A DNA stretch of 64,000 nt, taken from NCBI GenBank assembly GCA_963977445.1, contig CAXBPH010000003.1, forward strand, positions 9,964 to 73,963, read 5' to 3'. This document shows positions 31,074 to 41,389 of this stretch, in pieces. A program made the position numbers and the translations under genes. This DNA is from an uncultured bacterium. GTDB lineage: Bacteria; Hydrogenedentota; Hydrogenedentia; Hydrogenedentales; JAEUWI01. How positions within the stretch are numbered: the first letter of the stretch is position 1; every line of letters starts with the position of its first letter. The notes below the pieces were generated by a model. The model was not told the origin of the DNA. It made no database searches and saw nothing but the letters and a program-made list of their open reading frames with translations.

Positions 31074-32890
31074 GGTGTAGCGCTTTCCTTAATCATTTCG
31101 TCTAACCGACCTTCGGATTTTTGATAGCGTTGACGAGCCACAGAGGCGTCCACGGCATGCCAGGCCATGATCAACGCAATGGGTATGTCATACTTCGCAT
31201 CTTCCAGAAGCTTCGCACTGCGGGCTTCAGACACGTCGGCGAGGGCCGCGACCATGCGGACCGCCCGGGCACGAAGTTTTATATTGGAGGCCCTCATCTT
31301 GACCATGCAACCGGCATACACGTACCCCGATTGGGCCATCGCGCCCGTCGTGATAATATTCAGGGCGACCTTGGTGGCCGTACCCGCATTCAGCCGCGTC
31401 GAACCCGGTAGCACCTCCGGGCCGGTGGCCAAGGCAATTACATGGTCGACTGGGTGCCCGGCCATCTGTGGGTTGCAACACAGCAATACCGTCGTGCAGC
31501 CAAGTTTCCGACCATGATCCAGCGCTGCGAGGACATAGGGTGTCGTCCCCGATGCGGCAATCCCGATAAGGATATCCTGTGTTTCGGGGGACTGGGCCTG
31601 AAGGTCAGCCACGCCCTGAACCTCGTCGTCTTCGGCACCTTCTACGGCGTCCCGCAGGGCCCGCTCGCCGCCCGCAATAATGCCCACCACCTGGCTGGGG
31701 TCCGTGCCGAAGGTTGGCGGACACTCGGAGGCATCCAACACCCCCAAACGCCCACTGGTGCCTGCGCCCATATAAAGAATACGTCCACCCGCACGGAGAG
31801 CCGCACCGGCCTTGTCCACGACCTTCGTGAGCGCACCGTGTTGCTGCTGCAACGACCGCACGACGTGGCGCTGGTGGTCTACCATGGACGTCACAAAGGT
31901 GGCCGTATCGACCTGGTCTATGGGCGCCACATTTTCGCTTTGCCCTTCCGTAGAAGAAAGGGTGGGACTATCCACACCAATCTCATGGCACCAGGGGGCT
32001 GCCCCGTTCACGCCACGAAGGGATAGCACGGCCTCGTGGCCCCGCACGCGTAGTGCTTCATGGGTCAGGCGCGGTGTGCCGCTGAGATAATCGAAATAAT
32101 AACGTCGAAACAATTCACTGTGTTCAATTACCCCCCCCTGGACAAACAGGGGAATGGTGCCGTCCCCGGCGATGGTGCCTGCCGCTGCTGCCGTCAATCG
32201 GGCATGGAGGCGCGCCTGGGTCTGAACGCATTCAAGGGCAACTCGGTCGCCCCCCTCGGCTGCCTCCGACACGACGGAGGCGAGGGCCGCCACAGACTGC
32301 TTGGTGGCCGCCAGGGACCACGGCACGAGGGCTGCCGCATCGGCCAATCCAAGCGCTTCGGGCACGCCATGCTGCAGGGACGTGGGCGGTGCAATGCCAT
32401 CTTCCCCATGGGCAATGGCCTGCAAGGCGGCGCAGCCCAGTTTGTAACCACTGCCGTCATCACCCATAACCTGACCACGCCCACCAAAGCGACGAAAGCC
32501 GCCCTGTCCGTCATGAACCAGTATGGAGCTGCCCGTGCCCGCAATGGCGAGGATGCCGGGGCGGTCGGGAACATGGGCGTAGAGTAGTGGGTGCAAGTCG
32601 GTCGTGATCGATGCATGACGTAATCCCGGCAGGGTCGTGAGTTGCCCAACCATATCCCGCGCAAGTTCCTCCGACATCATGCCGGCAATACCGGCGAGGA
32701 GCGTGTAGGCTTCCACCCCGGGCGTGACCAGGCGAGTGGCCAATTCACTGATGACGCCGGCCGCAGCCGCGGTTCCATAGGCCAACGGATTGGAAGGTCC
32801 CGCCGTCGCTTCGGCAAGAAGCGTCGTGTCGTCATAGAAGCCACCCACGGTGCGGGTTCCGCCACCTTCTATCGCAAGGTAAAAGGCCAT
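31070..32890 (-). CDS. murQ: BadF-type N-acetylhexosamine/MurNAc kinase fused to MurNAc-6-phosphate etherase
   Basis: N-terminal 'IEGGGTRT', 'IAGTGS', 'GDDGSG'; C-terminal 'GAGTSGRLGVLDASECPPTFG', 'GPEVLPGSTRLNAGTATK'. Confidence 0.88.
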   Translation of the reverse strand: MAFYLAIEGGGTRTVGGFYDDTTLLAEATAGPSNPLAYGTAAAAGVISELATRLVTPGVEAYTLLAGIAGMMSEELARDMVGQLTTLPGLRHASITTDLHPLLYAHVPDRPGILAIAGTGSSILVHDGQGGFRRFGGRGQVMGDDGSGYKLGCAALQAIAHGEDGIAPPTSLQHGVPEALGLADAAALVPWSLAATKQSVAALASVVSEAAEGGDRVALECVQTQARLHARLTAAAAGTIAGDGTIPLFVQGGVIEHSELFRRYYFDYLSGTPRLTHEALRVRGHEAVLSLRGVNGAAPWCHEIGVDSPTLSSTEGQSENVAPIDQVDTATFVTSMVDHQRHVVRSLQQQHGALTKVVDKAGAALRAGGRILYMGAGTSGRLGVLDASECPPTFGTDPSQVVGIIAGGERALRDAVEGAEDDEVQGVADLQAQSPETQDILIGIAASGTTPYVLAALDHGRKLGCTTVLLCCNPQMAGHPVDHVIALATGPEVLPGSTRLNAGTATKVALNIITTGAMAQSGYVYAGCMVKMRASNIKLRARAVRMVAALADVSEARSAKLLEDAKYDIPIALIMAWHAVDASVARQRYQKSEGRLDEMIKESATP

Positions 32891-34167
32891 CAGATAACTT
32901 CCCGAGCGGTAGTTTGCCAACCCGCCGCAAAACGGGACACGGCGCCTGGATGTATCACACCCGTCCGAATAATATCCTGATAGAGAAAAGCACTCGGATT
33001 GGGTGTGCGCGTGAGGCTCTTCCAATCCACGTGGACCAGGCCATAGCGTTGCTGGTAACCCTGTTCCCAGGCAAAGCCATCCAGAAGGGCGTTGTAGCAA
33101 AATCCAAGCACCTTCACCCCCGTATCACGGAGATGGAGGGTTCGTTCGACATGGTCGAGCAAATGGTGACATCGCAGCCCGTCGTCTTCTGTGGCCACAC
33201 CGATGCCGGTCATCAACAATGGTACCTTCCACGGGGCCAGGTGCGATGCCATTTCCTCCAGCGTATCGCTATCGGGTTCCGCCTGATCGGGAGCACAGGC
33301 CACACCCTGAGCGTTCGCATATTGGACAAACCCGTTGCGCGGCCGCAGAAGCGCCCCATGGACCTGAAGTTGGCCGGGGCTGGAAAGAGCGATAAAGGAA
33401 AATGGGGGTGCATCCCGGTCCGTACCACACAAGGTGTCGGGGTACGTTTCAAGAAACCACTTGGATTGCTTTTGCTCAAGGCGCTTGTCCCAGGGACTGT
33501 GAATATCCCGCGAGACAATGCGGGGTGCATAAATTGAGGCACCAATCTGGTTACGCTGATCTACTTCCCGCAAAAACGTCGCGACCTCACGATGGGCAGC
33601 GGCCATGCCTTTGATGGCCCGTGAGGCACGTCGGGCTTGCTCGGGTTTGGGCCAGCATCCTTCGCCGTAGGCCATGGCAATCCAGCGCATGGGCTCCAAA
33701 TGGGGAATCCACCACTGGCACGTGGATCCCAGGGCGTCATAGAGTCGTTTCACATAGGCCAGGAAGTGGTCGGGACCATCGGGATGCTCCCAGCCGCCCC
33801 GTTTGCTGAACCAGGCAGGCAGCGTGCATTCCTGCAATACGCAGACAGGCGTCATGCCCTGCCGGGTCATCGCACGAAACACAGAAGCGTAGTGGGCCAA
33901 GGCGGCCGTATCAAACTCGCCGGGCTCGGGCTCAACACGGGCCCAGGAAACGCCGTATTGAAGGGCATTGAGCCCGATCTTCTTGGCAAGTTCCAAATCG
34001 GTCTTGTAGCGCTTCAGGTGGTCGGCGGCCACTTCCGACGTTCCACCGCCCCGGATATGGGCAGGTCGTTGCTCCCACCGCCACCAGTCGGCGTGAAAAT
34101 CGGTGCCTTCCACCGCGTGGGCGCTCACCGTGGCACCCCACAGAAAGGTATTTTCGACGTCAACCAC
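32890..34167 (-). CDS. Glycoside hydrolase family 1-like protein with degenerate catalytic motifs
   Basis: 'FLWGATVSAHAVEG', 'SWARVEPEPG', 'RYGLVHVD'; NEP reads LEP and TENG reads TGIG; GTG start after GGAG. Confidence 0.8.
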   Translation of the reverse strand: MVDVENTFLWGATVSAHAVEGTDFHADWWRWEQRPAHIRGGGTSEVAADHLKRYKTDLELAKKIGLNALQYGVSWARVEPEPGEFDTAALAHYASVFRAMTRQGMTPVCVLQECTLPAWFSKRGGWEHPDGPDHFLAYVKRLYDALGSTCQWWIPHLEPMRWIAMAYGEGCWPKPEQARRASRAIKGMAAAHREVATFLREVDQRNQIGASIYAPRIVSRDIHSPWDKRLEQKQSKWFLETYPDTLCGTDRDAPPFSFIALSSPGQLQVHGALLRPRNGFVQYANAQGVACAPDQAEPDSDTLEEMASHLAPWKVPLLMTGIGVATEDDGLRCHHLLDHVERTLHLRDTGVKVLGFCYNALLDGFAWEQGYQQRYGLVHVDWKSLTRTPNPSAFLYQDIIRTGVIHPGAVSRFAAGWQTTAREVI

Positions 34168-34262
34168 AGTATCTCCGACCAGACATAGGAACACTACACA
34201 CCATATTGTATAGGCTCATTGTAACGTACAGAGATACGCCCCGTGCAAAAAACTGAATAACC

Positions 34263-34305
34263 CAAAAAAAATAAACGGAGAAGTGCGCATTGACGCACTT
34301 CTCCG
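34263..34305 (-). terminator. Rho-independent terminator of the ferredoxin gene
   Basis: CGGAGAAGTGCG-6nt-CGCACTTCTCCG followed by a T-run on the minus strand. Confidence 0.8.
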
Positions 34306-34328
34306 CAGGAGACGATGTCTAAAAGCTA

Positions 34329-34670
34329 TCAGGCGCTTTCGCCGGGCTCCGGGCTGAATTCGCCCTTCTTATCTTCAACGTCTTTAAAATCGTCGGCGGA
34401 ATCAAGGGGCTCTTTGCCCTCTTCGATTACGGGCCATTCCGCCGCATACTTGGCGTTGAGCTCGATGTAGCCCTGCCACTTCTCCGGCACTTCGTCCTGG
34501 GAGAAGATGGCCGTCACGGGGCATTCATCAACACACACGCCACAATCGATGCACTCTTCCGGATCGATGGTAAGCATGTTTTCGCCTTCGTGAAAACAGG
34601 CAACGGGACATACATCCACACAATCGGTGTATTTGCATTTGATGCAGGGTTCGGTGACTACGAATGCCAT
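34329..34670 (-). CDS. fdxA: FdxA-type (7Fe/8Fe) ferredoxin
   Basis: '[14 protein letters not shown]...[12 protein letters not shown]' plus acidic C-terminal extension. Confidence 0.9.
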   Translation of the reverse strand: MAFVVTEPCIKCKYTDCVDVCPVACFHEGENMLTIDPEECIDCGVCVDECPVTAIFSQDEVPEKWQGYIELNAKYAAEWPVIEEGKEPLDSADDFKDVEDKKGEFSPEPGESA

Positions 34671-34875
34671 GGGTCTAGCTCCTTTTTACGGTACCTTCGC
34701 ACCGATACTATGTAGTACATCACTGTCGCACACCCGGTCGGTGTTTGACTCGTTGGGGATTCTAGCAATGGAGCAGGCGATCCGTCAACGGACGACGTAT
34801 ACACTTGTATACGCCCTATAACAATATCATGCGCACCCCACGAAGTGTCCAGACCGCTAAGGGTAGGCAATTCCG

Positions 34876-36000
34876 CTAGTTATGACCTTTTTCCGCGTCG
34901 GCATGAAATTTTTCTTGATTGGGATAGGTCTTGCCCTCGGCAAGATCGTCAAACTCTTTCAGCAAATCTTTCTGCTTTCGGCTGAGTTTTACCGGTGTCT
35001 CCACAATCACGCGAACGATTTGATCCCCCTGGCGATAGCCGCGCAGGTCGGGCATACCCATGCCACGCAGGCGAAGCTGCGTGCCCGTCTGGGACCCGGC
35101 AGGGATTTTCAATTCCGCTTCCCCTTCCAGGGTGGGCACGCGAATGGACGCGCCCAGCGTGGCCTGGCTCAAGGTAATCGGAACTTCACAGACAATCGTG
35201 GTGCCATCCCGCTCAAAGAGGGCATGCTCTGCAATATCGATGAAGATATACAGGTCGCCACGACGTCCGCCGCGGTGTCCTGCTTCGCCTTCACCCGTAA
35301 CCCGAAGGCGGGATCCGGAATCGACACCCGCAGGCACATCGACCGAAAGCTCCCGGGCATTCTTGGTCTGGCCTTTACCGGCGCAGGTCGTGCACGGCTT
35401 GGAAATGGTCTTGCCCGCACCCTGACACTGGGGACAGGTGCGTGTGACGCTGAAAAAGCCGTGGGCAACCCGAACCTGACCCTGGCCCTGGCATTGGGAG
35501 CAGACTTCCGCTTTTGAACCGGGGGACGCGCCGGAACCGCTGCAGTCGCCACAATTTTCGCGTCGGTTATAGCGGATTTTCTTCTTGGTACCAAAAGCGG
35601 CATCTTCAAGGGTGATGCTGAGGCGCAATTCGAGGTCATTCCCCGCTTTGGCACCGCCGCTGCCACCCCGTTTGCCGCCCTGCCCAAAAAGCATGTCGAA
35701 AAAGTCTTCGAAGGGCGCTTCAAAGCCCTGGCCGCCAGCACCAAAACCACCACCGCCGCCAAAACCGCCACCCTGGGCGTCGGTACTGCCAAAACGATCA
35801 TACTGGGCACGCTTTTCGGCATTCTTGAGAATATCGTAAGCCCCATTGATCTGCTTCAGCTTATCTTCCGCTTCTTTATCCCCACCCGTCTTATCGGGGT
35901 GATACTTGTGTGCCAGTTTCAGATAGGCTTTGCGAATTTGGTCTTGCGGGGCATCCCGGGGGACGCCTAACAATTCATACAGATCGATCGACTGTGCCAT
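34876..36000 (-). CDS. dnaJ: Chaperone DnaJ
   Basis: HPD J-domain, G/F region, four CxxCxGxG repeats. Confidence 0.96.
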   Translation of the reverse strand: MAQSIDLYELLGVPRDAPQDQIRKAYLKLAHKYHPDKTGGDKEAEDKLKQINGAYDILKNAEKRAQYDRFGSTDAQGGGFGGGGGFGAGGQGFEAPFEDFFDMLFGQGGKRGGSGGAKAGNDLELRLSITLEDAAFGTKKKIRYNRRENCGDCSGSGASPGSKAEVCSQCQGQGQVRVAHGFFSVTRTCPQCQGAGKTISKPCTTCAGKGQTKNARELSVDVPAGVDSGSRLRVTGEGEAGHRGGRRGDLYIFIDIAEHALFERDGTTIVCEVPITLSQATLGASIRVPTLEGEAELKIPAGSQTGTQLRLRGMGMPDLRGYRQGDQIVRVIVETPVKLSRKQKDLLKEFDDLAEGKTYPNQEKFHADAEKGHN

Positions 36001-36036
36001 TTGGTTCCGGCTCCATAGGGCGGTATGAGATAGTAT

Positions 36037-36068
36037 CCCCATGCCCCGGTAAAACCGGGGTCATGGGG
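36037..36068. other. Stem-loop between dnaK and dnaJ
   Basis: CCCCATG-CCCCGGT-AAA-ACCGGGG-T-CATGGGG. Confidence 0.6.
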
Positions 36069-36103
36069 AGTGAAACTTTATTGTACTATAGGGATAGAGA
36101 CGC

Positions 36104-38026
36104 TTACTTGTCTTCTTCTTCGTCGTCGTCCACCACGGTGAAATCAGCATCAACGGCGTCGCCATTGGATTCGTCGTCATCGGCAGGTGCTTCACCACCG
36201 GCGGCCGCTGCGGCTGCGGGATCGGCACCGGCATCCTTGTACATGGCTTCGGCAAGCTTATGGGAGGCCTTGGTCAGGTTTTCTACCGACTGTTCGATGG
36301 CGGCGATGTCGTCCCCTTCCAGGGCTTTTTTCAAATCAGCGATGGCCGCTTCGATGCTTTTCTTTTCGCCTTCGTCGATCTTTTCCGCGTTTTCAGTCAG
36401 CAGTTTCTCGGTCTGGTAGATCATGCTGTCTGCATTGTTGCGTACTTCGATTTTCTTCCGGCGAGACTTATCTTCATCAGCATGGGTCTCGGCTTCGTTG
36501 ACCATCTTCTCGATTTCGTCTTCGGAGAGGCCACTGGACGTTTCGACTTTGAGCTTCTGCTCTTTTCCGGTCGCCAGGTCTTTTGCCGATGCGTGGAAGA
36601 TACCGTTGGCATCCAGATCAAAGGAAACCTGAATCTGAGGGACCCCACGGGGCGCTGGGGGAATACCCATCAGGTCGAAATGCGCGAGAGTCCGGTTGTC
36701 GCCGGCCATTTCCCGCTCACCCTGCAGCACGTGAATCGTAACGGCAGTCTGATTATCGGCTGCCGTGGAGAAAATCTGCTGCTTCGTAACGGGGATCGTC
36801 GTATTGCGTTCAATCAGTTTCGTGCAGACGCCGCCTAAGGTCTCAATACCCAGAGAGAGGGGCGTGACGTCGAGAAGGAGTACATCCTTCACGTCGCCGG
36901 ACAGCACACCGGCCTGAACCGCGGCACCAATGGCAACCACTTCGTCGGGATTCACGCCACGGTGGGGCGTCTTTCCGAAGATTTCTTCGACAACCGCGCC
37001 AACGGCGGGCATGCGGGTCATACCACCCACAAGAATGACTTCGTTGATTTCGGAAGCCGCAAGACCGGCATCTTCCAGAGCGCGGTGGCAAGGATTCTTG
37101 CTGCGCTGAAGAAGGTGGTCTGCCAACTGCTCAAACTTGGAGCGGGTCAACGTGTAGTTCAGGTGCTTGGGACCGGAAGCATCGGCCGTGATGAATGGCA
37201 GATTGACGTCGGTCGACATGGCACTGGAAAGCTCGCACTTCGCCTTTTCACCGCCCTCTTTCAAGCGCTGAAGGGCCATGGGATCTTTACGCAGGTCGAT
37301 GCCCTGTTCTTTTTGAAATTCTTCGGCCAGCCAATCGATGATTACCTGGTCAAAATCGTCACCACCAAGGTGCGTGTCGCCACTGGTGCTGAGCACTTCA
37401 AAGCTGTCATCACCGATGGCCAGGATGGATACGTCGAAGGTACCGCCGCCGAGATCGTAGACCGCTACTTTTTCGTCCCGCTTCTTATCAAGACCATAGG
37501 CCAACGCGGCTGCGGTGGGCTCGTTGATAATGCGCAGCACTTCCAGACCAGCGATTTTACCGGCGTCTTTGGTCGCCTGGCGCTGAGAATCGTTGAAATA
37601 CGCCGGCACCGTCACCACGGCCTGGGTCACTTCCGTGCCCAGATAGGACTCGGCCGTTTCCTTCATCTTCTGCAGAATCATGGCAGAGATTTCAGGGGGA
37701 CGGTAAGAGTTGCCCATGATTTCGACCTGGCAGTCTCCCGTGGAGGTCTCGCCGATCTTATAGGGGACGATTTTTTCTTCAGTGGAGACTTCGTCGTGAC
37801 GACGTCCCATGAAGCGCTTGATTGAAAAGATGGTGTTGGTCGGGTTGGTCACGGCCTGACGCTTGGCGACAGCGCCGATAAGGCGTTCCCCGTCCTTGTT
37901 GAAGGCCACCACGGATGGAGTCGTGCGGTTACCTTCGGCATTGGCTATGACCACAGGTTCGCCGCCCTCCATGACAGCAACGCAGGAGTTGGTGGTGCCC
38001 AGGTCAATTCCAATTACTTTGCCCAT
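36104..38026 (-). CDS. dnaK: Chaperone DnaK
   Basis: '[10 protein letters not shown]', '[18 protein letters not shown]', '[10 protein letters not shown]'. Confidence 0.98.
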   Translation of the reverse strand: MGKVIGIDLGTTNSCVAVMEGGEPVVIANAEGNRTTPSVVAFNKDGERLIGAVAKRQAVTNPTNTIFSIKRFMGRRHDEVSTEEKIVPYKIGETSTGDCQVEIMGNSYRPPEISAMILQKMKETAESYLGTEVTQAVVTVPAYFNDSQRQATKDAGKIAGLEVLRIINEPTAAALAYGLDKKRDEKVAVYDLGGGTFDVSILAIGDDSFEVLSTSGDTHLGGDDFDQVIIDWLAEEFQKEQGIDLRKDPMALQRLKEGGEKAKCELSSAMSTDVNLPFITADASGPKHLNYTLTRSKFEQLADHLLQRSKNPCHRALEDAGLAASEINEVILVGGMTRMPAVGAVVEEIFGKTPHRGVNPDEVVAIGAAVQAGVLSGDVKDVLLLDVTPLSLGIETLGGVCTKLIERNTTIPVTKQQIFSTAADNQTAVTIHVLQGEREMAGDNRTLAHFDLMGIPPAPRGVPQIQVSFDLDANGIFHASAKDLATGKEQKLKVETSSGLSEDEIEKMVNEAETHADEDKSRRKKIEVRNNADSMIYQTEKLLTENAEKIDEGEKKSIEAAIADLKKALEGDDIAAIEQSVENLTKASHKLAEAMYKDAGADPAAAAAAGGEAPADDDESNGDAVDADFTVVDDDEEEDK

Positions 38027-38137
38027 TGTATTTATTCCTCCTGATAGTACAACCCGACGGGGGCTGCCTGGCTCGTGGTATGAACGACGCTCCGCTCGGG
38101 AAGCGATGTGTAACGGTATAACTTCAGTTCGTCAGTT

Positions 38138-38833
38138 TTATTCGGCAGTATCGGAAGCCGGGGCCTCCGTTGATGTTGTTTCTTCGGCAACGTTGCCATC
38201 TTTCGTGGCGGCAGGTCCGCTGCTCACGACCACCTGGGCCGGTCGCAGGACGAAGTCACCCAGGCGATAGCCCCGCTGAAATTCTTCCATGACCGTGTCG
38301 GCTGGAAATTCATCCGACGGCTGGTGGGTCAGGGCTTCGTGTATGTTGGGGTCGAAGGGTTCACCCTTGGCGGGTATGGGCTCCAGCCCCTTGCCGCTCA
38401 ATATGTCGGAAAATTGGCGTACCACCATCTCCACACCCAGCGCCAAACCGTCACTCTTGTCTTCCACGTGGCTCAGGGCACGTTCCAGATTGTCGACAAT
38501 GGGGAGCAGGTCACGCAACAGACCTTCGGCGGCCGTCTTGCGAATTCGCTCGCTCTCCCGCGCCATACGTTTCCGATAGTTATCGAATTCCGCACGGGCA
38601 CGAAGGGCCTGATCCTTGAGCTCATCGCGCTCGGCCCGCAGGGCAGCATTTTCGGCCTCCAACGGATCGACATCAGCGTCGTCGTCGCTCAATTCCATAT
38701 CGGGAAGGGCGTCACCATCTTCGGGCATTACGCCTTCCGCTGTGGACACATTATCTTCGTCCACCGCACTTCCTTCGATTATTTCGACCTCTTCGTTCAC
38801 CTGAACCTCTTCTTTATGATTGTTTTTTTTCAT
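38138..38833 (-). CDS. grpE: Nucleotide exchange factor GrpE
   Basis: 'RARAEFDNYRKR', 'FDPNIHEA', 'GYRLGDFVLRPAQVVV'. Confidence 0.96.
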   Translation of the reverse strand: MKKNNHKEEVQVNEEVEIIEGSAVDEDNVSTAEGVMPEDGDALPDMELSDDDADVDPLEAENAALRAERDELKDQALRARAEFDNYRKRMARESERIRKTAAEGLLRDLLPIVDNLERALSHVEDKSDGLALGVEMVVRQFSDILSGKGLEPIPAKGEPFDPNIHEALTHQPSDEFPADTVMEEFQRGYRLGDFVLRPAQVVVSSGPAATKDGNVAEETTSTEAPASDTAE

Positions 38834-38917
38834 AGTTAGTCGTACTTCTATAAGTCAGATTGAATTGGCACTGCAAACGCCGTTTGGGGGCATAGGCTAT
38901 GCGGCCCCGGTTGGGGT

Positions 38918-39970
38918 CTAGCGTGCCAGACGCGTCAGCATCCGGCTAACCATGCCTGCCGTATAGTCCACGATTGAGGTCAATCGCGAATAGGGCATAC
39001 GCCGGGGACCGAGTATCCCAATCATGCCAATGGGCTCATCTTTGCAATAGTAAGGCGAGGCCACTACGCTGATATCTTCCAGTCCTTTGGACCCATCGAT
39101 TCGTCCGATGTGAATTGAACAGCTGATTCGTTTCTCATCGAGGAGTGCGTTCCTCAACATATCTGTCAGGACCGTTCGCTCTTCAAACAGGTCGAAGACC
39201 TCACGGGCACGATCCACACCCTGAAACTCAGGCTGGGCAAACAAGTGTCCTGCACCTTCCAGAAACAATTGCGTCCGGCCGTGCTGTGGTGCCAGACCCA
39301 AGAGGCGTAAGGCCAGTTCAGCCGTCTTCCGACGCTCATCCAGGAAAGTCTTCAGCCGTTCTTCAATGGCCTGGCTCAGACCGTCCAGTCGAACGCGATA
39401 TAGATGGTCATTTAAGAACTGGCTGAGCGACTGCAACTGCTCCGGCCCGACCGTTTCATTCAGATTCACGGTCTGCGTCCGCACCCGACCGTAGTTATCT
39501 ACGATCAGCATAACCACCCGATGGGGCCCGACCGCCATTACCTCGATACGATTTACATAGGCATGTGAATCGCCCGGCGCTTCGGCCAAACCCGCCTGAT
39601 TGGATATGAGCGCCAGCAATTGGCTGGTGTGCTGCAGCACCTCATCGGCATCATTCAATTTTTCGGTGAACTCATGCTCGATACGATTGCGCTCACGCAA
39701 GGTAAGCTCCTGCACGTGCATGAGGTAGTTCACATAATAGCGGTAGCCGGCATCCGTTGGAATACGGCCAGAGCTGGTATGAATCTGCTGGAGAAAGCCC
39801 ATCTCTTCGAGGTCGGCCATTACATTGCGCACGGTCGCGGGGCTTAACCCCAACTCGAAACGTTTAACGACAGAACGAGAACCCACCGGATCCGCCGTGG
39901 TAATGTAACTATTTACTACCGCTTGGAGGATTCGTTGTTCACGTTCGTTAAGATCACGGGCATCCGTCAT
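38918..39970 (-). CDS. hrcA: Heat-inducible transcription repressor HrcA
   Basis: 'PVGSR', 'SPATVRNVMADLE', 'HTSSGRIPTDAGYRYYV', 'GPRRMPY'. Confidence 0.96.
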   Translation of the reverse strand: MTDARDLNEREQRILQAVVNSYITTADPVGSRSVVKRFELGLSPATVRNVMADLEEMGFLQQIHTSSGRIPTDAGYRYYVNYLMHVQELTLRERNRIEHEFTEKLNDADEVLQHTSQLLALISNQAGLAEAPGDSHAYVNRIEVMAVGPHRVVMLIVDNYGRVRTQTVNLNETVGPEQLQSLSQFLNDHLYRVRLDGLSQAIEERLKTFLDERRKTAELALRLLGLAPQHGRTQLFLEGAGHLFAQPEFQGVDRAREVFDLFEERTVLTDMLRNALLDEKRISCSIHIGRIDGSKGLEDISVVASPYYCKDEPIGMIGILGPRRMPYSRLTSIVDYTAGMVSRMLTRLAR

Positions 39971-39988
39971 GGGCTTGCATCCACACAC

Positions 39989-40015
39989 TTAGCACTCAGC
40001 CAGCGGGAGTGCTAA
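39989..40015. promoter_or_regulatory. CIRCE operator (HrcA site)
   Basis: TTAGCACTC-AGCCAGCGG-GAGTGCTAA, exact consensus. Confidence 0.97.
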
Positions 40016-40026
40016 CAGGTGCCCAA

Positions 40027-40055
40027 AGTCTAACACACCCATGGGGTCGTGTCAA
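40027..40055 (-). promoter_or_regulatory. sigma-70 promoter of the hrcA operon
   Basis: Minus strand TTGACA-17bp-TAGACT just upstream of CIRCE. Confidence 0.85.
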
Positions 40056-40167
40056 GTTGGCGACCGTTGCAAGTACCATGCCCCGAAGTATATAACGGGG
40101 CCGTACCCGTGGTGTCCTTGTTGTATCGCGCCGCTGGGTAAATTCGAATTTCAGGAAGGGTTGCGGA

Positions 40168-41319
40168 GTGAATGACGTAGGAGCCATGCAGAAATCAATG
40201 GGGGTCACCGGTTCCCCCCGCGACACGATATTGACCCTTCTCGAGATCATCGATGTGCAGGAAAATGGCGACCGACCCTGGGACATACAAATCAAGCAAC
40301 CCACGGCATACCAACGTTTTATGAGCGAAGGACGCCTCGGTCTCGGCGAAGCCTATATGGATGGCGACTGGGATTGTGACGATCTCGCCGAATTCTTCCA
40401 TCGCATCCTTTCTGCCAATTTCACCGACCGGGTGGACTGGTGGCGCATGATTATCCCGTATCTCCGGGCCCGACTCCTCAATCTCCAGAGTGTACACCGC
40501 TCGCGGGAAGTTGCGGAGCGCCATTATGATCTCGGCAATGGCTTGTATGAAAAAATGCTCGACAAGCGCATGGTATATTCCTGTGGTTACTGGAAAGATG
40601 CGACCGACCTGGAAACGGCCCAGGAACACAAGCTCGACCTGGTTTGTCGTAAACTTGGGCTAAAACCCGGCATGAAAGTCCTCGATGTGGGCTGTGGCTG
40701 GGGCTCCTTTGCCCGGTTCGCCGCCGAGCGCTATGGCGTTGAGGTCGAGGGCATCACTATCTCGAAGGAGCAGTTGAGCCTGGCCAGGGAACATTGTGCC
40801 GGCCTCCCGGTCAACCTCCATCTCAAAGATTACCGCGATCTGACGGGCCAGTGGGACCGGGTGGTCTCCATCGGCATGCTGGAGCACGTCGGCCGAAAGA
40901 ACTACGATGGATTCATGACCCAACTGCGCGATTGGCTCACCCCGGATGGCCTGGCCCTCGTCCACACCATCGTGGGGCGCTATCCCGTGCGGCGGAGCGA
41001 CCCATGGATTACGAAATACATCTTCCCCGGTGGCATGTTGCCCACGCCCGGTCAATTGGGCGCATCCTTCGAGGGCAAACTGGTCCTGGAAGACCTTCAC
41101 AATATCGGCGCGGATTATGACAAGACGATCATGGCGTGGTGGGCCAATTTTGAGAAGGCCTGGCCCGAATTGGAGGCGGAATATGGGGAGCGTTTCTATC
41201 GGATGTGGCGCTACTACCACCACTACTGTGCCGGCTCCTTTCGCGCACGGTACAATCACGTGTTTCAAATGGTTTTGTCGCGACACGGCGTGCCCGGTGG
41301 TTATGAAGCCGTTCGATAG
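40168..41319 (+). CDS. cfa: Cyclopropane-fatty-acyl-phospholipid synthase
   Basis: 'LGLGEAYMDGDW', 'HYDLGN', 'YSCGYW', 'VLDVGCGWG', 'KYIFPGG'; start may be 40186. Confidence 0.93.
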   Translation: MNDVGAMQKSMGVTGSPRDTILTLLEIIDVQENGDRPWDIQIKQPTAYQRFMSEGRLGLGEAYMDGDWDCDDLAEFFHRILSANFTDRVDWWRMIIPYLRARLLNLQSVHRSREVAERHYDLGNGLYEKMLDKRMVYSCGYWKDATDLETAQEHKLDLVCRKLGLKPGMKVLDVGCGWGSFARFAAERYGVEVEGITISKEQLSLAREHCAGLPVNLHLKDYRDLTGQWDRVVSIGMLEHVGRKNYDGFMTQLRDWLTPDGLALVHTIVGRYPVRRSDPWITKYIFPGGMLPTPGQLGASFEGKLVLEDLHNIGADYDKTIMAWWANFEKAWPELEAEYGERFYRMWRYYHHYCAGSFRARYNHVFQMVLSRHGVPGGYEAVR

Positions 41320-41389
41320 CAGCCCGTGGCCCCCACGGATTGCCCACCACCAATCCAATTCCATCTAACCGAAGCAGGAGACGACCGGA

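Noticed and set aside
38865..38880. TTGGCACTGCAAACGC, GG-N10-GC sigma-54-like site
   Set aside because: Poor -12 element and it points antisense into hrcA; likely chance.
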